DNA from: Lama glama
Lineage: Eukaryota
Reading direction: 5' to 3'
DNA length: 64,000 nt
Assembly (NCBI GenBank): GCA_028534125.1
Contig: CM052851.1
Span: 17,422,001 to 17,486,000, forward strand
Shown: one piece after another, positions 1 through 12,390 of the stretch
Numbering within the stretch: the stretch's first letter is position 1
Layout: every line of letters starts with the position of its first letter
The notes under the pieces: generated by a model
The model's database searches: none
Told to the model about the DNA's origin: nothing
What the model saw: only the letters and a program-made list of their open reading frames with translations
Position numbers and translations under genes: made by a program

Positions 1-739
1 TCAACTGCTAGTTACTATTAATATTTTCTATTTTTGGTATTATCATAAATAATGCTGTGTTAACAACATTTTTTCCCCTCTAAGGCCAGAATTCCATGCT
101 GTGTTTTCTATGATTTTTCCCTTGATTTTTCCAAATGAAAGGGGTTGCTCTTTCGCTTGAACGTGCTTGAATTAACTTCTTTAGGCTATTTGCATGCGTG
201 AATTGTCTCCTGTAGTAGGGTCTTTTTGTTTTCTTCGATTAACTGGTACCTTCTAAGTATTCTCTAAATATTTGTTAAACAAATGTTTAAAGAAAGAACT
301 GTTAAGGAATATAATGATTTTTTTAAATTAGCTTTTATATCTAGAACTCATTGTCAATATAGTCACTTGCCCAGGAGATTATGTTTCCTTCAGGTTAAAT
401 GCAGAGTTGTTGAAATTCAATCATAAGCTCATTCAATGAAAGTTCTTACAATTGTCAAAAACATCAACTTAACTAAGCATTAGCCTTGGCAAAATAAATT
501 TGAACTGGCAGCCACTTCACAAAATTGCTAATTGTTCTTAGTTGACTGTATATCTTAGTGGGCATTTGAGCTTTCACAATGAAATGCATATACATAGTCA
601 ATCTTAGTTTCTTCTAATATTATCTTAGCTCCCTGAATTACTCAAAAGTATAATTCACAAGTCAAATATTTTATGTTTCATTTATTTAAAGTATAACTTA
701 TACTAACCTATGTATCTATACTGTCTGTTGATAAATAAT

Positions 740-1990
740 ATATTTTTATTCATTATGCAGTTAACTAGTATTTCTGGAATGCATGTGGTGGCCTTGAACA
801 CAGGACTTTGGAAATATGGTTCCTGTCTTAAAGCGGTGATTCTCAGCCAGGGATGTTTAAGACCCCACCCCTCACCCTTCGGACATTTGATGATGTCTGG
901 AGACATTTTTGGTTGTCATGTCTGGTGAAGGTTGGTAGCTACTAATGTTTAGTGGCTAGAGGTCAGGGATGCTGCTTCATATCCTGCAATTCATAGGGAA
1001 GCCCACACTACGAACAATCATCTGGCCTAATGCATCAGTACCACGGAGGCTGAGAAATCCTGTCTTAAATGATCTCATGATTTCAGAGTAGAAGGCAGGC
1101 GTATTGTTAATGGAATTGAGATTCTAACAAGTAACTTGTAACAAAGATTAGTATTTCTGCCAGGGATACAAAGGGGGATGGTGTCATGTTTCCCTGTAAA
1201 AGACTGAAAGATTTGAGAAAGTGATGTTGAGCTGAGGAGGAGGAGGAGAGGGGACAAGGAGAAATCATTTCAGGAAGAGGAAATCTTTTGAGCAAAGTCA
1301 CAGAAACATGACCCTACAAATAGCTTAATTAAACTGGAGTTCAAAGTTGTGGTGTGGAATAAGTCTGGACCTGCAGTCAGAGGTTCAGTTATGAAGACTT
1401 GGTTTTGCAGGCTGAAGTGTTTGGACTTTATTCTGTAGGCAAAGGAAATCCATTGAAAAGAACTGTGGGATTAAAAAATATGAATACGTTACTTTTTTCT
1501 GATGAAAGAAAATACTTCTGGCAGCCCAAAGAAAACTGGAGGAGAACAAGAACGATTAGAGGCATGGACGTCACTTTGGCTAATTATGAAATAGTGCACG
1601 TTGAAAGTCCTGAGAAGCTGCTCTGTCTCACTAGACGCTGCATTTGGTGGTTGCCTCTGTGAAATGGTGATGCTAAGACGGCTGGCTGGATTTGCTTCTC
1701 CATCAAATGTGGGGGTTGAGATATCAAATAGGAGTTTTCAAAAATGAGTTACTTGTAACATTGGAAGTAGACTAGTTTGTTCAGTGAGAACATCAGAAGA
1801 GGAGACTGATCTCTGAAAATACCGATATTTACCTGAAGTGGAGGAAAAGACATTAGCTTTTGTAAGTTATAATAGGTAGTCAAAGATATGGTAGGGGTGA
1901 GAGAGGTGGAGTAATGACATTTAAAGGGCATAAGAGACACCTGGCCATTACTTGAAATTAAGCTGATGCTGAAGGATTTCATTTCCACTG
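740..1990 (-). mobile_element. L2 LINE relic (3' region), interrupted by MER20
   Basis: Purine-rich antisense L2 signature (tggttcctgtcttaaa...; ttggactttattctgtaggcaaaggaaatccattgaa; gttgagatatcaaatagg). Boundaries approximate. Confidence 0.7.
834..1062 (+). mobile_element. MER20 (hAT-Charlie non-autonomous DNA transposon)
   Basis: Diagnostic ggacatttg..atgtctggagacatttttggttgtca and gtcagggatgctgct motifs. Degenerate TIRs cggtgattctcagcc / ggctgagaaatcctg. 8-bp TSD tcttaaag (826-833) / tcttaaat (1063-1070). Confidence 0.9.
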
Positions 1991-2511
1991 CAAGTCAAAT
2001 TATGAAAGAAGTATTTTTTGAAACACTTAGCCTGGGCAAAAATCAAGAAAGGGACTCCTTAGTTTCCAGAGTGAAGAAAAAAATGTCAAGATCAGATCAC
2101 TAATCAGAGGCCCACATTTTCCAGCTATCAGACCTGGGAAACAGACTTTAAAGGCAGAATCCGATATTTTCATGCCCTCAGAGGAGCGCCCAGTGCAGAG
2201 GCTGCATACACAAGGAGACTGAATGCGTATTACCCACAGAAAGCTTCGAGGCAAGCAGGTATGCTACTGTGTCCTTGAAAGCAAAATTCTGACCACTATC
2301 ATTGAGTCATTTTTGAGAAACCTGCAATGGGAAACAGCTTTAAGCAAATTTGTGAGTTCCAAATTTTATTACTTAACGTGATGTAAAAACAGAGGGTAGA
2401 GAAATTAACAAAATTCTAATGTAAACTCAGAAACCACAACAACAAGGAAGCAGTGGATATGAACTGGCATTCAGTGAGTGTTGCTACAAACCAGGGCTCC
2501 TGACACACCCC

Positions 2512-2888
2512 TGTGTAAGTCAGCTGAGGCTGTCATTACGGAATACCACAGAAAGGTGGCTTAAACAACACATATGTATTTTTCCTCACAGTTCTGGAGG
2601 CTGAAATTCCGAGATCAAGGTGTTGGCACTGTTAGTTTCTGGTGAGACTTCTCTCCTTGGCTTGAAGGTGGCTGCGTTCTCACTGTGTCCTCACGTGGGA
2701 CTTCCTTCGTATGCGTGTTTCTGTTCTCTCCTCTTATGTGAATACACGTGCTGTTGGAGTAGGACCCCTGTTGTGTGACATTGTTTCACCTTAATTACCT
2801 CTTGAAAGACCCCCATCTCCAAATCCAGTCATATTGAGGGTTAGGGCTTCAACACAAGGAATTTGAGGAGACGATGCGGTTTGTAACA
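2512..2888 (-). mobile_element. MaLR solo LTR, MLT1A-type
   Basis: TG...CA ends; ggcttaaacaac, ctcacagttctggaggctg, gagatcaaggtgttggca and gggttagggcttcaaca motifs; 5-bp TSD acccc/acctc. Confidence 0.88.
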
Positions 2889-2899
2889 ACCTCCATGAA

Positions 2900-4440
2900 G
2901 ATTACCTAAGAGTGAAACATTCAAGTTGCCTGTGGGGACTCATGATTAAAGTGAATCAGAAAATTCAACAAATAGAATTTACACCCTAGAACTGGAAATA
3001 ATAGAACTATCCAGAGGAGACATGAAAATAAATTGTGTAAAAGTTTAAGTACGTAAAAGAAGAAAAATCACCACAGCCATCATACTTGAAGGAGAACGCC
3101 AAACTTGAACTGTGGGGCATAAGAGCTGTACTATTTGGAGATTGTGAGCAAATCCATTTGGCAAAGATGTAGATAAGTGTAAATAAGTGTTAGTGACTTG
3201 GAAATAGATCTGGTTAAATTAATCAGATATGCATCACAGATGTAAAGATATAAAGAAAATAAAATAACAGACTACAGAAAACGTACAAGAGAATTTTTAG
3301 AAAAGGAGGATAGGGAAAAATGAAGGCGAGAGCTCAGAATTTTCCTGGACTGAAAAGAGATATCAGTCTTCAGAATGCCTGAGTACACCATATCCTATCC
3401 TTGATGGGATAATCAGAAACAAATCTATACCGAGATGCATCACTGTGAAACTTCAGAACTTGCACAATCAGAAGAGATCTTGAAAGCAATCAAAGATGAA
3501 ATATCTATTACAATCAAAGGAATGAAAATTAGAATTACAGAAGATGTCTCACAGTCATAATGGAGATGAGAAGCCCAACTGAATGGTAACTTTACAGGGT
3601 GGGTGAAAAGTACTTGTCAACTAAAACCCTATACTTAGCCAAAACATAATTCAGGGGGGGTCTAAATTTTAAAAAAATGTTCATAAAAATACTGTGACAA
3701 TTCGTTAATTCATAGACTCCCACCAAAACCAAAAACAGAGCATGAACATTAATAAGAGGAAATTGAATCCCCTCCTCCCAGAATAAGGCTGGGATGGTTT
3801 GGAAATACTAAACTGTATGTTTATCAAGCATATAGGTGAATGCAGGCAAACTTGGACTGTAAAAAATGATTGATGCACAGATAGATGATAGATGATTCAT
3901 ATTACTAATTTCTTGGTCATTTTAGACAAAGCATTTCATAAGGCACAAACAAGACAACATAATGTGGTAAATTACAGAAAGAAGTTCAGTGTGAATATGC
4001 TCTAAAGCCTCTCCTGGTTTGAGAGGGGATTAGACGTGTTTATGATCTATAGATGCTCAAGTGTGTATGTTTAAAGTTTATTAGTGAATGCCAACAGGAA
4101 AGAGATTTAATATCCAGACAAAGGAAAAGGAAAGGCAGGAGGAATAAAGACGACTGTATCAATCTAATAGTAGGATTAAACATTTGGACGTAAAAGATAG
4201 AGACCAACCAGAGTATAATGGTTTCCTCTGGGCAGGGAAGGGAGTAAAATTGAGGAGAATTACAGACTGGGCTTCAGCGCTTTCTAATATATCTGTTCTG
4301 GAAAAATAAATTAGTCCAAATTGTTAAGCAAAATGTTAACATGTTAAATCTGCGACTAGAGGAGATGTTTTAGTTGTCACAATCAGTTTATTTCTGTCTG
4401 TTTGAAATACTTAGTTATGATATTAGCAAGTTTAAAAATG
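2900..4440 (+). mobile_element. Ancient ORF1-only L1 derivative (HAL1-like) with decayed ORF1
   Basis: Manual translation of 3418-3550 gives NKSIPRCITVKLQN, a frameshift, then EILKAIKDEISITIKGMKIRITEDVS, matching the L1 ORF1p RRM/CTD region. An L1ME-like 3' end follows about 0.5 kb after ORF1, with no ORF2 visible. Confidence 0.7.
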
Positions 4441-4444
4441 TACA

Positions 4445-4650
4445 TTGGTGCCAGATAAAGCTGCGTTCTCATCCCATTCCTCGTACATCCTGTGTACCTT
4501 GGGCAAAATTATTCAATTTCTTTAGGTTTCACTTGCTTAATTTTTAACTGTGTTCAATATTATAATATTGCCTACATTTCAGGGCTGTTTTAACAGTGTG
4601 AAGTGTGTGGCACAGTATTTGTAGAAAATATATTGTAACTAGTGGAAATA
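4445..4650 (+). mobile_element. MIR SINE
   Basis: Core ctgtgtaccttgggcaaaattattcaatttctttaggtttca and 3' tgtggcacagta. Confidence 0.7.
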
Positions 4651-4689
4651 AAACAGTTTATTTCATGCAGCGGAATGCAACCAAAGAGA

Positions 4690-5300
4690 GGAACATTTTT
4701 AAAAGACGAAAGGCAGTATCATTAGTTTCCTATGCAAGCAAAATATTCAAATTACTGATATTGACCATGGGGTTTAACTCTAATGAGGTCACTGATGAAG
4801 TTTACGTGAGCAATTTGGGGAGATCCGTGAGAGCAGCCAACTGTGGGCGTGTGTGGAAGAGGGGAAACGACAGATATAAACCTTGCAGTGTATTGTTTGA
4901 AACAAGAAGGCGACAAAAAAAAAAATCACCCACTTATTTATAGAAGCAGGAGAGAAAACAAGGAATTTTGAAAGTGGGAGGCTGCCAAAGTGAACTATTT
5001 AAAGTTTGGTTGCGGAGAAAAATAGGTCAGGGACTAGAGGCAGACAGAGGGGTGTGTGTGTGTAGTGGTAAGGATTTGGGCATGTTTACGGAGTGAGAGG
5101 AGAGGTCCAGTAGCAAGGGGGAAGGTGCAAATGTAGGAGCAAAGGTAAAGCACTGGTGGACCAAGGTCCTAGAAGAGATGGTAGGGGTGAGACTCAGGAG
5201 CACAGACGGAAGTGTGGAGAGAATCAGTTGTCTGAGGTGAGGAGAAAGCTGCACACGAGTGCTGGCGGTCCTCGTGTTTACGTGCGTGTGAAGGACAATG
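4690..5300 (-). mobile_element. L2 relic
   Basis: Purine-rich antisense L2-like sequence (gaggtcactgatgaag...; atttgggcatgtttacggagtgagagg). Confidence 0.55.
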
Positions 5301-6169
5301 CGGGGCTTATGGCTCTGAGCTTCAGATTGGTCTGTGGAAGATACGAGGCCACGTCCTCCACTGGGGAAGAATGTGTGCTTTGGTTATCGTAGTTTGTGTG
5401 CCTTTCCCCGGCCAAGAAGAAAGACTCAGGCGTTGAAATTCTCTGGAAGGGATGCTGATGGGAAAATTGGATTCAGGCCCAAGTCTCCCTCTCAAAAGAA
5501 GGGTTTTGTGTACGCGAACAATCATTGTTTGAGACTTCAGATCACCACACTCATTTCAGAAAGTCATGAGCCGTCCACAGAGGGGACCGATGGGCGAGAG
5601 TTCCTGGCTAAGCCTTTTGGGACATAAACTGCAGCCAAGACTCCACATTTCCATGTCCTCTACAAAACCAGCTTTCTCAAAACAGACTCATACAAGCTGC
5701 AGTCACAGCCGAATGCCATGTTTCTATTATTGTGATGACATAAAATCATTAAACCACTGCTAGTAGTAAAAGCAGTTGTGTCTGGCAATAGACCTGCTCT
5801 GTGCCCATTCAGAGGGAATTGCATTTTAAATGACCCCTGGAGAGCAACGACGGGAGAGGCGCGGGACCGAGGTTTGACTTCCACGGTAATTTATTACATG
5901 TCCTCCTTTGGTCTTGCTGCCGTACTCAAGCTCTTTGTTCTGAAAAGTGGGTCATACTGGCTGGAGTGCATGAGCACAAACTGTAATGAGGTTTCAAATT
6001 TTTGTTGGAGTCATATACTAATTTTTAAATAATATTTCCCAAATTTAAAGTCACAAAAAATAATTAAAAGGTCCCGATGTCAAGACTCAACTCCCGCGTC
6101 CCTAATCGCAGAAGGTTCTCATCTAGACTTCTTTTTACACCATATATATCACATAAGCAGAATTACAAC

Positions 6170-6320
6170 TACCTACGCCATGTCAGGCACAATATCTCAG
6201 TGAATCCTCATACAACCCAATGAGGTAGAAATTATTACCAGGGACAAATGAGTACGCTGACATCTCAAGACTGAACTCAAGCTTTCCAATATCAATTGGG
6301 ATTCAAATTCAGGTCTGAAT
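6170..6320 (-). mobile_element. MIR SINE
   Basis: gaatcctcatacaacccaatgaggtag and tgggattcaaattcaggtctg. Confidence 0.7.
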
Positions 6321-7349
6321 TTTAAAAATTGAGGCTGAAAAGAGACACTGCATCAAATGTCACTTTTAAATTCTGAACCAATTGAAGAATGGACAAGGAA
6401 GCTTTGACTTCCTTAGATGTTAACTTTATTATTAGTAAAGCTGTATTGAGAAACATGGTACATAAGGTCAAAACAGACTTTCTATCATGCCCCGCAAACT
6501 GGCCCCTGGCCCCTGAGACCGGTTAATTGCATGTAGGAACAGAGCCCGCCTCTCACCTTGCAAGAGCAATTGGTACAGGTGCACTAATCTTATACAGTAA
6601 AGCCGCTCCTCTTCTTGTGGGGAGGGAAATGGTCAGAGGTGTAGGATTGGATTCTGACCAACACCTCCAAGAGAGCCAGAGGTTTATCAGTAGAGGAAAT
6701 AAATTATTCCCCTGGGACATGGCACAGACTTCCCATGGCAGCTTGTTCTGTTAATTTTATTTGTTTAATATGCTTAAGAATTATATGATCTTCTATGTAA
6801 TAAGCTTCTTTAGAGTAGCAGGTGCATTGATCAAACCAGGACAAGACACCAGGAAGTTCACACACTAGGAATGATGACAGAACATTATATTGGAGACATT
6901 CACAATGGTAGAGGTCTGTGCTCTCCAATTTCCCATTGTATTCTGGGAGAAGCACATAGGAATCTAGCAAATCTAAGCATTGGACAGCAGAAGGCTTTTA
7001 CGAAACTAATTAGCAAAGTGATAGTCCCTCCCTGGAATGATTAAGGGCTGAATCCATCAACTCCGTGTAAGGCGTAGTCTCAGCTCCTAGTCCTGTTCTG
7101 CCAAGTTTGACATCCCTGGTTAAGAGCACAAGACCTCCTCCTTGACGGAATCAGTGTGCTAACGTGTAAACCTTAGAGTCCCGGCTCTTTGACGTTCTTG
7201 AACATGCTTGAATCTGCTGCATCAGCGTTTTACCAGAATTGATTGCTTAAGCATTTTGCTTTGACTTCCAGGTGATCTGCAGGAGGCCAGCTCCTACTTT
7301 GGGAGACTGGCATGTAGGGAATAAGTTTTGGACAAGCTGATTCCTACTT

Positions 7350-7475
7350 CACAACGATGGCCTGGTTTTTGTTTTCTTGACACACCGTGGTGTTTAGTAC
7401 TGTGTATTGCAATATGTGACTGTTGGATAAAGGAAATAATGCAGAGAAGAATGAATGAATGAATGAATGAATGAT
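7350..7475 (+). mobile_element. L2 3' end with (AATG)n tail
   Basis: aatgaatgaatgaatgaatgaatga at about 7449-7474, preceded by an L2-like terminal region. Confidence 0.5.
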
Positions 7476-7821
7476 TATGTAGGAAAAAAAATGTCGTCAC
7501 TTGGGCTGTCTTTCTCTCACACCCACCTCTCCATTCCTCGTCTATTGAGAAGTACAAACAGATGCCCAGACACTAATTAGGAATGGAAGCCTAACTCTGT
7601 TTTATGTTATAAATCTCTCTTCTATCTAGCTGAAATTCAGAATCACTTTATTGTCATATAATCCTTACCACATTAACAATGGAATCATAAACTATAAAAT
7701 AACAGTTCTCTAAGTCTCAATGAAAACCCTCAAGTCTATCTTTTAGTTCCTTTTGAGACATGATTGTTAAAAATCTCCCTTATTTGTATTAAAAACTCCC
7801 TTGGAATTAAATCCTAAATTC

Positions 7822-8030
7822 TAATAATAGCTGGCATTTTTGAATGTTCACTATGTGCGGGTGCTGTGATAAACACTTGACATAGATTATCTCATTTAAT
7901 CCTCACAGAAACCAAATGAAGTGTTTACTGTCATTATCCCTATTTGATGAAGAGGATACTGAGGCTCACAGAGAATTAGTAACTTGTCCAAGATCATCTA
8001 ATGTTGAGTAATCAAGAGTGAATGACCTGA
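7822..8030 (-). mobile_element. MIR SINE
   Basis: attatctcatttaatcctcacag and actgaggctcacagagaattagtaacttgtccaagatca. Confidence 0.85.
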
Positions 8031-9884
8031 AAGCACACACAACCAGCCGGGACCAGCCTTTTATCGAGGCGAAAATTTGCAGAGACAGAGCAGCAGCAGG
8101 TGAGCAGTCTTCTCAATGCCAGCTGCACAGGGAACTGGTGAGCGAGACGTCATACTTCAGAGGGGTCCCAGTTATGAGCTGTGGGGGTCATAAGCTTCAT
8201 GGTTGGGGAAACACCGGTAGCCCGTCCTCTAGGACGGTTTGGGGCTGATGTTCAAACTTTGTGGTTACTGTTCTGTGATGTAGCAGAATCATAGCTTCCA
8301 GCTCTGATTTTCAACCCCAGCGTTTATAACTGAGAGCTCATCGGCTCCTCCCTTGTTGTGATCAGAGCCCAGGACCCAAGCCTTGTGTTTAAATTATTGC
8401 CCTTCAGCTCTGTTCTATCTCATCAGTATTCTATCAGTATGTCTGCCTTAAGTACTCAGTTGTAGCCAGTGTCCATGTCTTCTGGGTTTTAATTTCGGAA
8501 TGATGCTGCTCTTTGAGGGAAGGGAGATGACAACTGGTTTTCTGGGATCCTAGCCTCTGGGTATCCAGGTCAAGAAGACCAAGCCTTGCCTATCACTTAG
8601 CCATTAAGTGGTGGGACCTTTCTTCAAGTGCTGCAGCCTGACACCAGAGTCTTCCTGGTCTTTAATGATTTGCAATAAGAACTTGATACAATTATCTGTA
8701 TGTGCATTTCAAGTAATATCAGAGTTTATAGTACTTACTTTTCCTGTCATATATATTTTTTCTTGTGTTCCTAGTTGGTCATTTTAAATACTCATGTGTT
8801 ATTCATCTATTTCTGTCCTTTATAACTCCCCATTCCTGTTCTCTCTGCTCTGTTAGAGTGGGAGATTTAATTTGTCTGTGAACCATCTAAAGAGGATGTG
8901 TTGTTGAGCATGGCATTGATTGACGTGTATACCAGGGTGTTTGGGATTGGATGACAGGGAGATCTTAAGAGGTAGGGTTCCTTAGAAGAAATGAGAAATC
9001 CAAATTCAGAGTTTGTGATTTCTGTGCTAAGTATAGGTGTCTTTAGGAGATTTTAAACTAGAACTAGTGATATTAAGAACTTGTCTCTGTGTCAGTTAGA
9101 TTTTGTGGTTACAGAGTTATTTGTTGTCTTCAAATCTATTTGTTTATATCACAATGTCTAATTTTACTCTTTCAAATTGCTCCTACTTCAACTTTATACA
9201 TTCATAAACTTCATAAATATAGAATGCACTGAACTAAGAGGAAACACTAGTGTAGTAGTGATAACGTCTTTACCGCCAAATACAAGGTCAGAGGTGTGGT
9301 CTGTTTCATTGATTGCTATATGTACTCCGTGCATAGATACTAAAATAAAGCAAAGTTGTTGCTCAGTGAACATTTATTGTTTTAATAAGAAAAGTAATGA
9401 ATGACTCTTTTTCTATGAAAATTAATTATTAAATTGTTTGACTTATCTTGGGATAGCAAGGTATTGTTTTAATTGTGTTTATTAATTAAATTAGAGGTGA
9501 AAGGAAGGCTTTTCCTTACCCCAAATTCTTTGTCTATGAATGTAATAAGAAGGGAAATGTGATTATCATTTCTTACTGTACCACATCCAAATTGTTTGGT
9601 TTTCAACAGGGAAGGGCCAATATATCCAAAATTGATTTTTTAAATCTTGCCATTGTTAAGTCCTTCCAGGTGTGTATAAGGATACATGTGTGTATGTGTG
9701 TATGGGGAGGGGGTTAATGATTTGAAAAGTATACTCATTTCTGGTAATCATCTATGGGTTTGGATATATAGCCCCCCTCTCAAAAAAAAAAAAGAAAAAA
9801 TAATATTAAATAGGAAGAAACCAGAAAAATTCCTGCTTGCACGGCCCTCCCTTGCAGACAGTTATTACATATTATTTAAGAGAT

Positions 9885-10080
9885 GAGGCATTGTCTGCTA
9901 GTTGTATGTCCTTGAACAAGTTACTTCATCTTCCTGTGCCTTGTTGTCCCACTGACAGAAAGGGAATAGTAACAGTACTGAGCTCATAATTTTGTTGTGA
10001 AGAACCAGCGAATTAGTACATGTAAAGCATGTGGAACAGTGCTTGGTGCAAAGTAAGCACACAATAAACATTAGCATGAC
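9885..10080 (+). mobile_element. MIR SINE
   Basis: ccttgaacaagttacttcatcttcctgtgcct and catgtaaagcatgtggaacagtgcttggtgcaaagtaagcacacaataaacattagc. Confidence 0.85.
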
Positions 10081-11161
10081 TTTTACCTTCACATGTTGTT
10101 GCAGAAAACATCACCTTACCCACAACAACCTATGTAAGTGAGGAATGGGTGACCTCTGATTTTGGCTCCAAAGTTTCATGATCCCTTAGACAGTCTTTAA
10201 GACTCCCTTGTTGTCTCTTAATGAAAATCTAGGTCAAATCAAACCAAAATGCAAATAGAGGGACCAGGCCTGTTATGTCTCAATGAAACTGTATTTCCTG
10301 GAGTCCCCCAGTCCTCCTTGATACGTCTTCAAACTCTGAGTGTGGCCTGGCTTCCTTTGTAGTGTTTTTTTTTAAACTGGACTAGCCTGAGACTGACCAG
10401 GGTGGTAGATGGGGGAATATTCCAGCTCTGCATGCAGTCCCAATTCAGCAGAGTTTGGGAGGAGCAGGATGAGGTGAACACCTGATTTTTCTCCCCTGTC
10501 AGCATTTCCAGTCTGATATTGTAGGCAGAATATTAAGCATGGCATGTGATGGTTCTGCTAGGCAACAGAACCATGGCAATGAACAGAAACTCCTTCAGGC
10601 CACGAAAAATGAAGCTTTTAAAAATGAAAAAAAAAATACGGCTGTACCTTTATATTGAAACACACATACCCAGCCAACTGGATTTCAAGAAGGTGTGTCG
10701 AGTTCTTGAGTAGCAGTGGAAGGCAGTCTTCTGATTTAGACTTCTGTAAACGTGCCCCACTGCCCTTCTCTCTCTCTTCCTGGCCCTTATCCACTTGACT
10801 TTCTTCCCAATGATCTGCTCTCTGACTTCTTTAGATAACTTGAAAATAGCGATGGTACAGAGGCCAGAGGTCAGAGCTCTTCATCACCACTGAGCTCCAA
10901 GTAGCAGCCTTCTTTCCTCATTCCCAGAGGAATCTCTGTAGTCTTCTTGGAAGTATTTCTGCTGTACAGTCATGTCCACGGAAAAGGATAATGCACAAAG
11001 CTTCTCATTAACTACATTTTAATGGGCTTTGTTAAAAAGTCAGCTTACCCCAGTCTCAAAGTGAAAGCAAAAACAAAATTTGATTTTACAAATGAAATAC
11101 ACACGTGAAAGTTAAGATGTTTTTAGTCAAAATAATATGATGAAGACAATGTAGACTCCAT

Positions 11162-11352
11162 CATTGTGATTTAAAGTTTGTAGATCCCATGGCTTTTTTG
11201 AATAAAAAATGAAAGTCCTCTCTCCTTACAAAATAAACATACATACAAATAAAATGTATAAAAATTTTTGAAGATACTTCCAAGAGATGTATTTGAGGAA
11301 CCCTATGCAGGTGTATCACATAGAAATTACAGATCTCACATCAAAACCCCTG
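11162..11352. mobile_element. hAT-Charlie MITE relic (MER103-like)
   Basis: Ends in aaaacccctg; internal tttgaataaaaaatgaaagtcctctctcc...aaataaacatacatacaaa resembles MER103. Heavily diverged. Confidence 0.45.
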
Positions 11353-11604
11353 CATTAACTCACGTTATTGCCAGACCCTTGCGATCGGTCCATGACAAGA
11401 CCTTACTGTGCAGTGAGTGACTTACAGGTGTGCCAAGATCATAGTCCCTTTCTGTCTTCAAAGCAACAAGATGGAGTCAAGGGTAGCTAAAACCTCAGTT
11501 TTCCTCTATCGTTGTGAGCTAGCATGATAATTTCCCCCAATCAGCCATAGAACTCTTATTCTCTACATAATTTTTAGCATGAAATAGGTTGAACACAGTG
11601 CTAA

Positions 11605-11870
11605 AGAATTGTTCATTTATTCTTTCAGTGGATGTTTATTGAATTCATATTACCTATGAACCAGTGTGCTAGATGTGAGTGGGGTCATAAAGGTGACTAA
11701 AGTTTATTTTCTGACCTTGTGGAAGTCATTGCCTATGAGGGGAGACAGTAATGTTGAAGTATACCGCCATATGCCATATACAGACCTACGGGAACACAGA
11801 GGGGAGTCAGCCTAATTTTATTTGGAATGAAAACCAGAGTGAGGGCACATCCCATTGAACTTCGCTGGTT
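11605..11870 (-). mobile_element. L2 3' end
   Basis: ttcatttattctttcagtggatgtttattgaa...ccagtgtgctagatg...ggggagacag. Confidence 0.7.
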
Positions 11871-11899
11871 AAGTGAAGCTCACCAGAACGAGTATATGT

Positions 11900-12200
11900 T
11901 GTAGTATTGTTTTGGCGACAAATAATTTTGTTACAAAAATTTTAATGGTTGCATACTATGCCACAATGTGAATAGAACACAGATAACTTAATTGAGCACT
12001 TGTTTTTTGTTTTTTGTTTTTTGTTTTGTCATTAGGCTAGTTCCAATTTTTGGGCAACTGTGAATAGCACTGAGATAAAGATTTGTGTGGGGAAATTATG
12101 GTACAGGCCTGTAATTCTCTTCTCAGAATAAAGTCCTAGATGTGAAATTACTGGTGCAAAGGACCAGCCCATTTTTAAAACTTCAATACATTTTCTCAAA
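11900..12200 (-). mobile_element. Old L1 (L1M) 3' fragment
   Basis: Antisense L1 motifs: ttccaatttttgggcaactgtgaatagcactg; cctagatgtgaaattactggtgcaaagg. Confidence 0.7.
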
Positions 12201-12204
12201 CTAA

Positions 12205-12390
12205 CATGAAAGAGTGGGTCTTTGAGGTCAGACCAACTTGAGTTCAAAATGAGTTCAAAACATTATTATTGACCTTGGCCAGTTGCCTGTGCTTCATTAC
12301 TTAGTTTCTTCCTTCATGAGGATAATACTTACCTTAACTTGCTGCTTTAAAAGCTGTAGTAGAGTTTAATAAATACTTACTGAATCATTC
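12205..12390 (+). mobile_element. MIR SINE
   Basis: tgggtctttgaggtcagaccaacttgagttcaaa...gaccttggcc...gataatacttacct. Confidence 0.6.
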
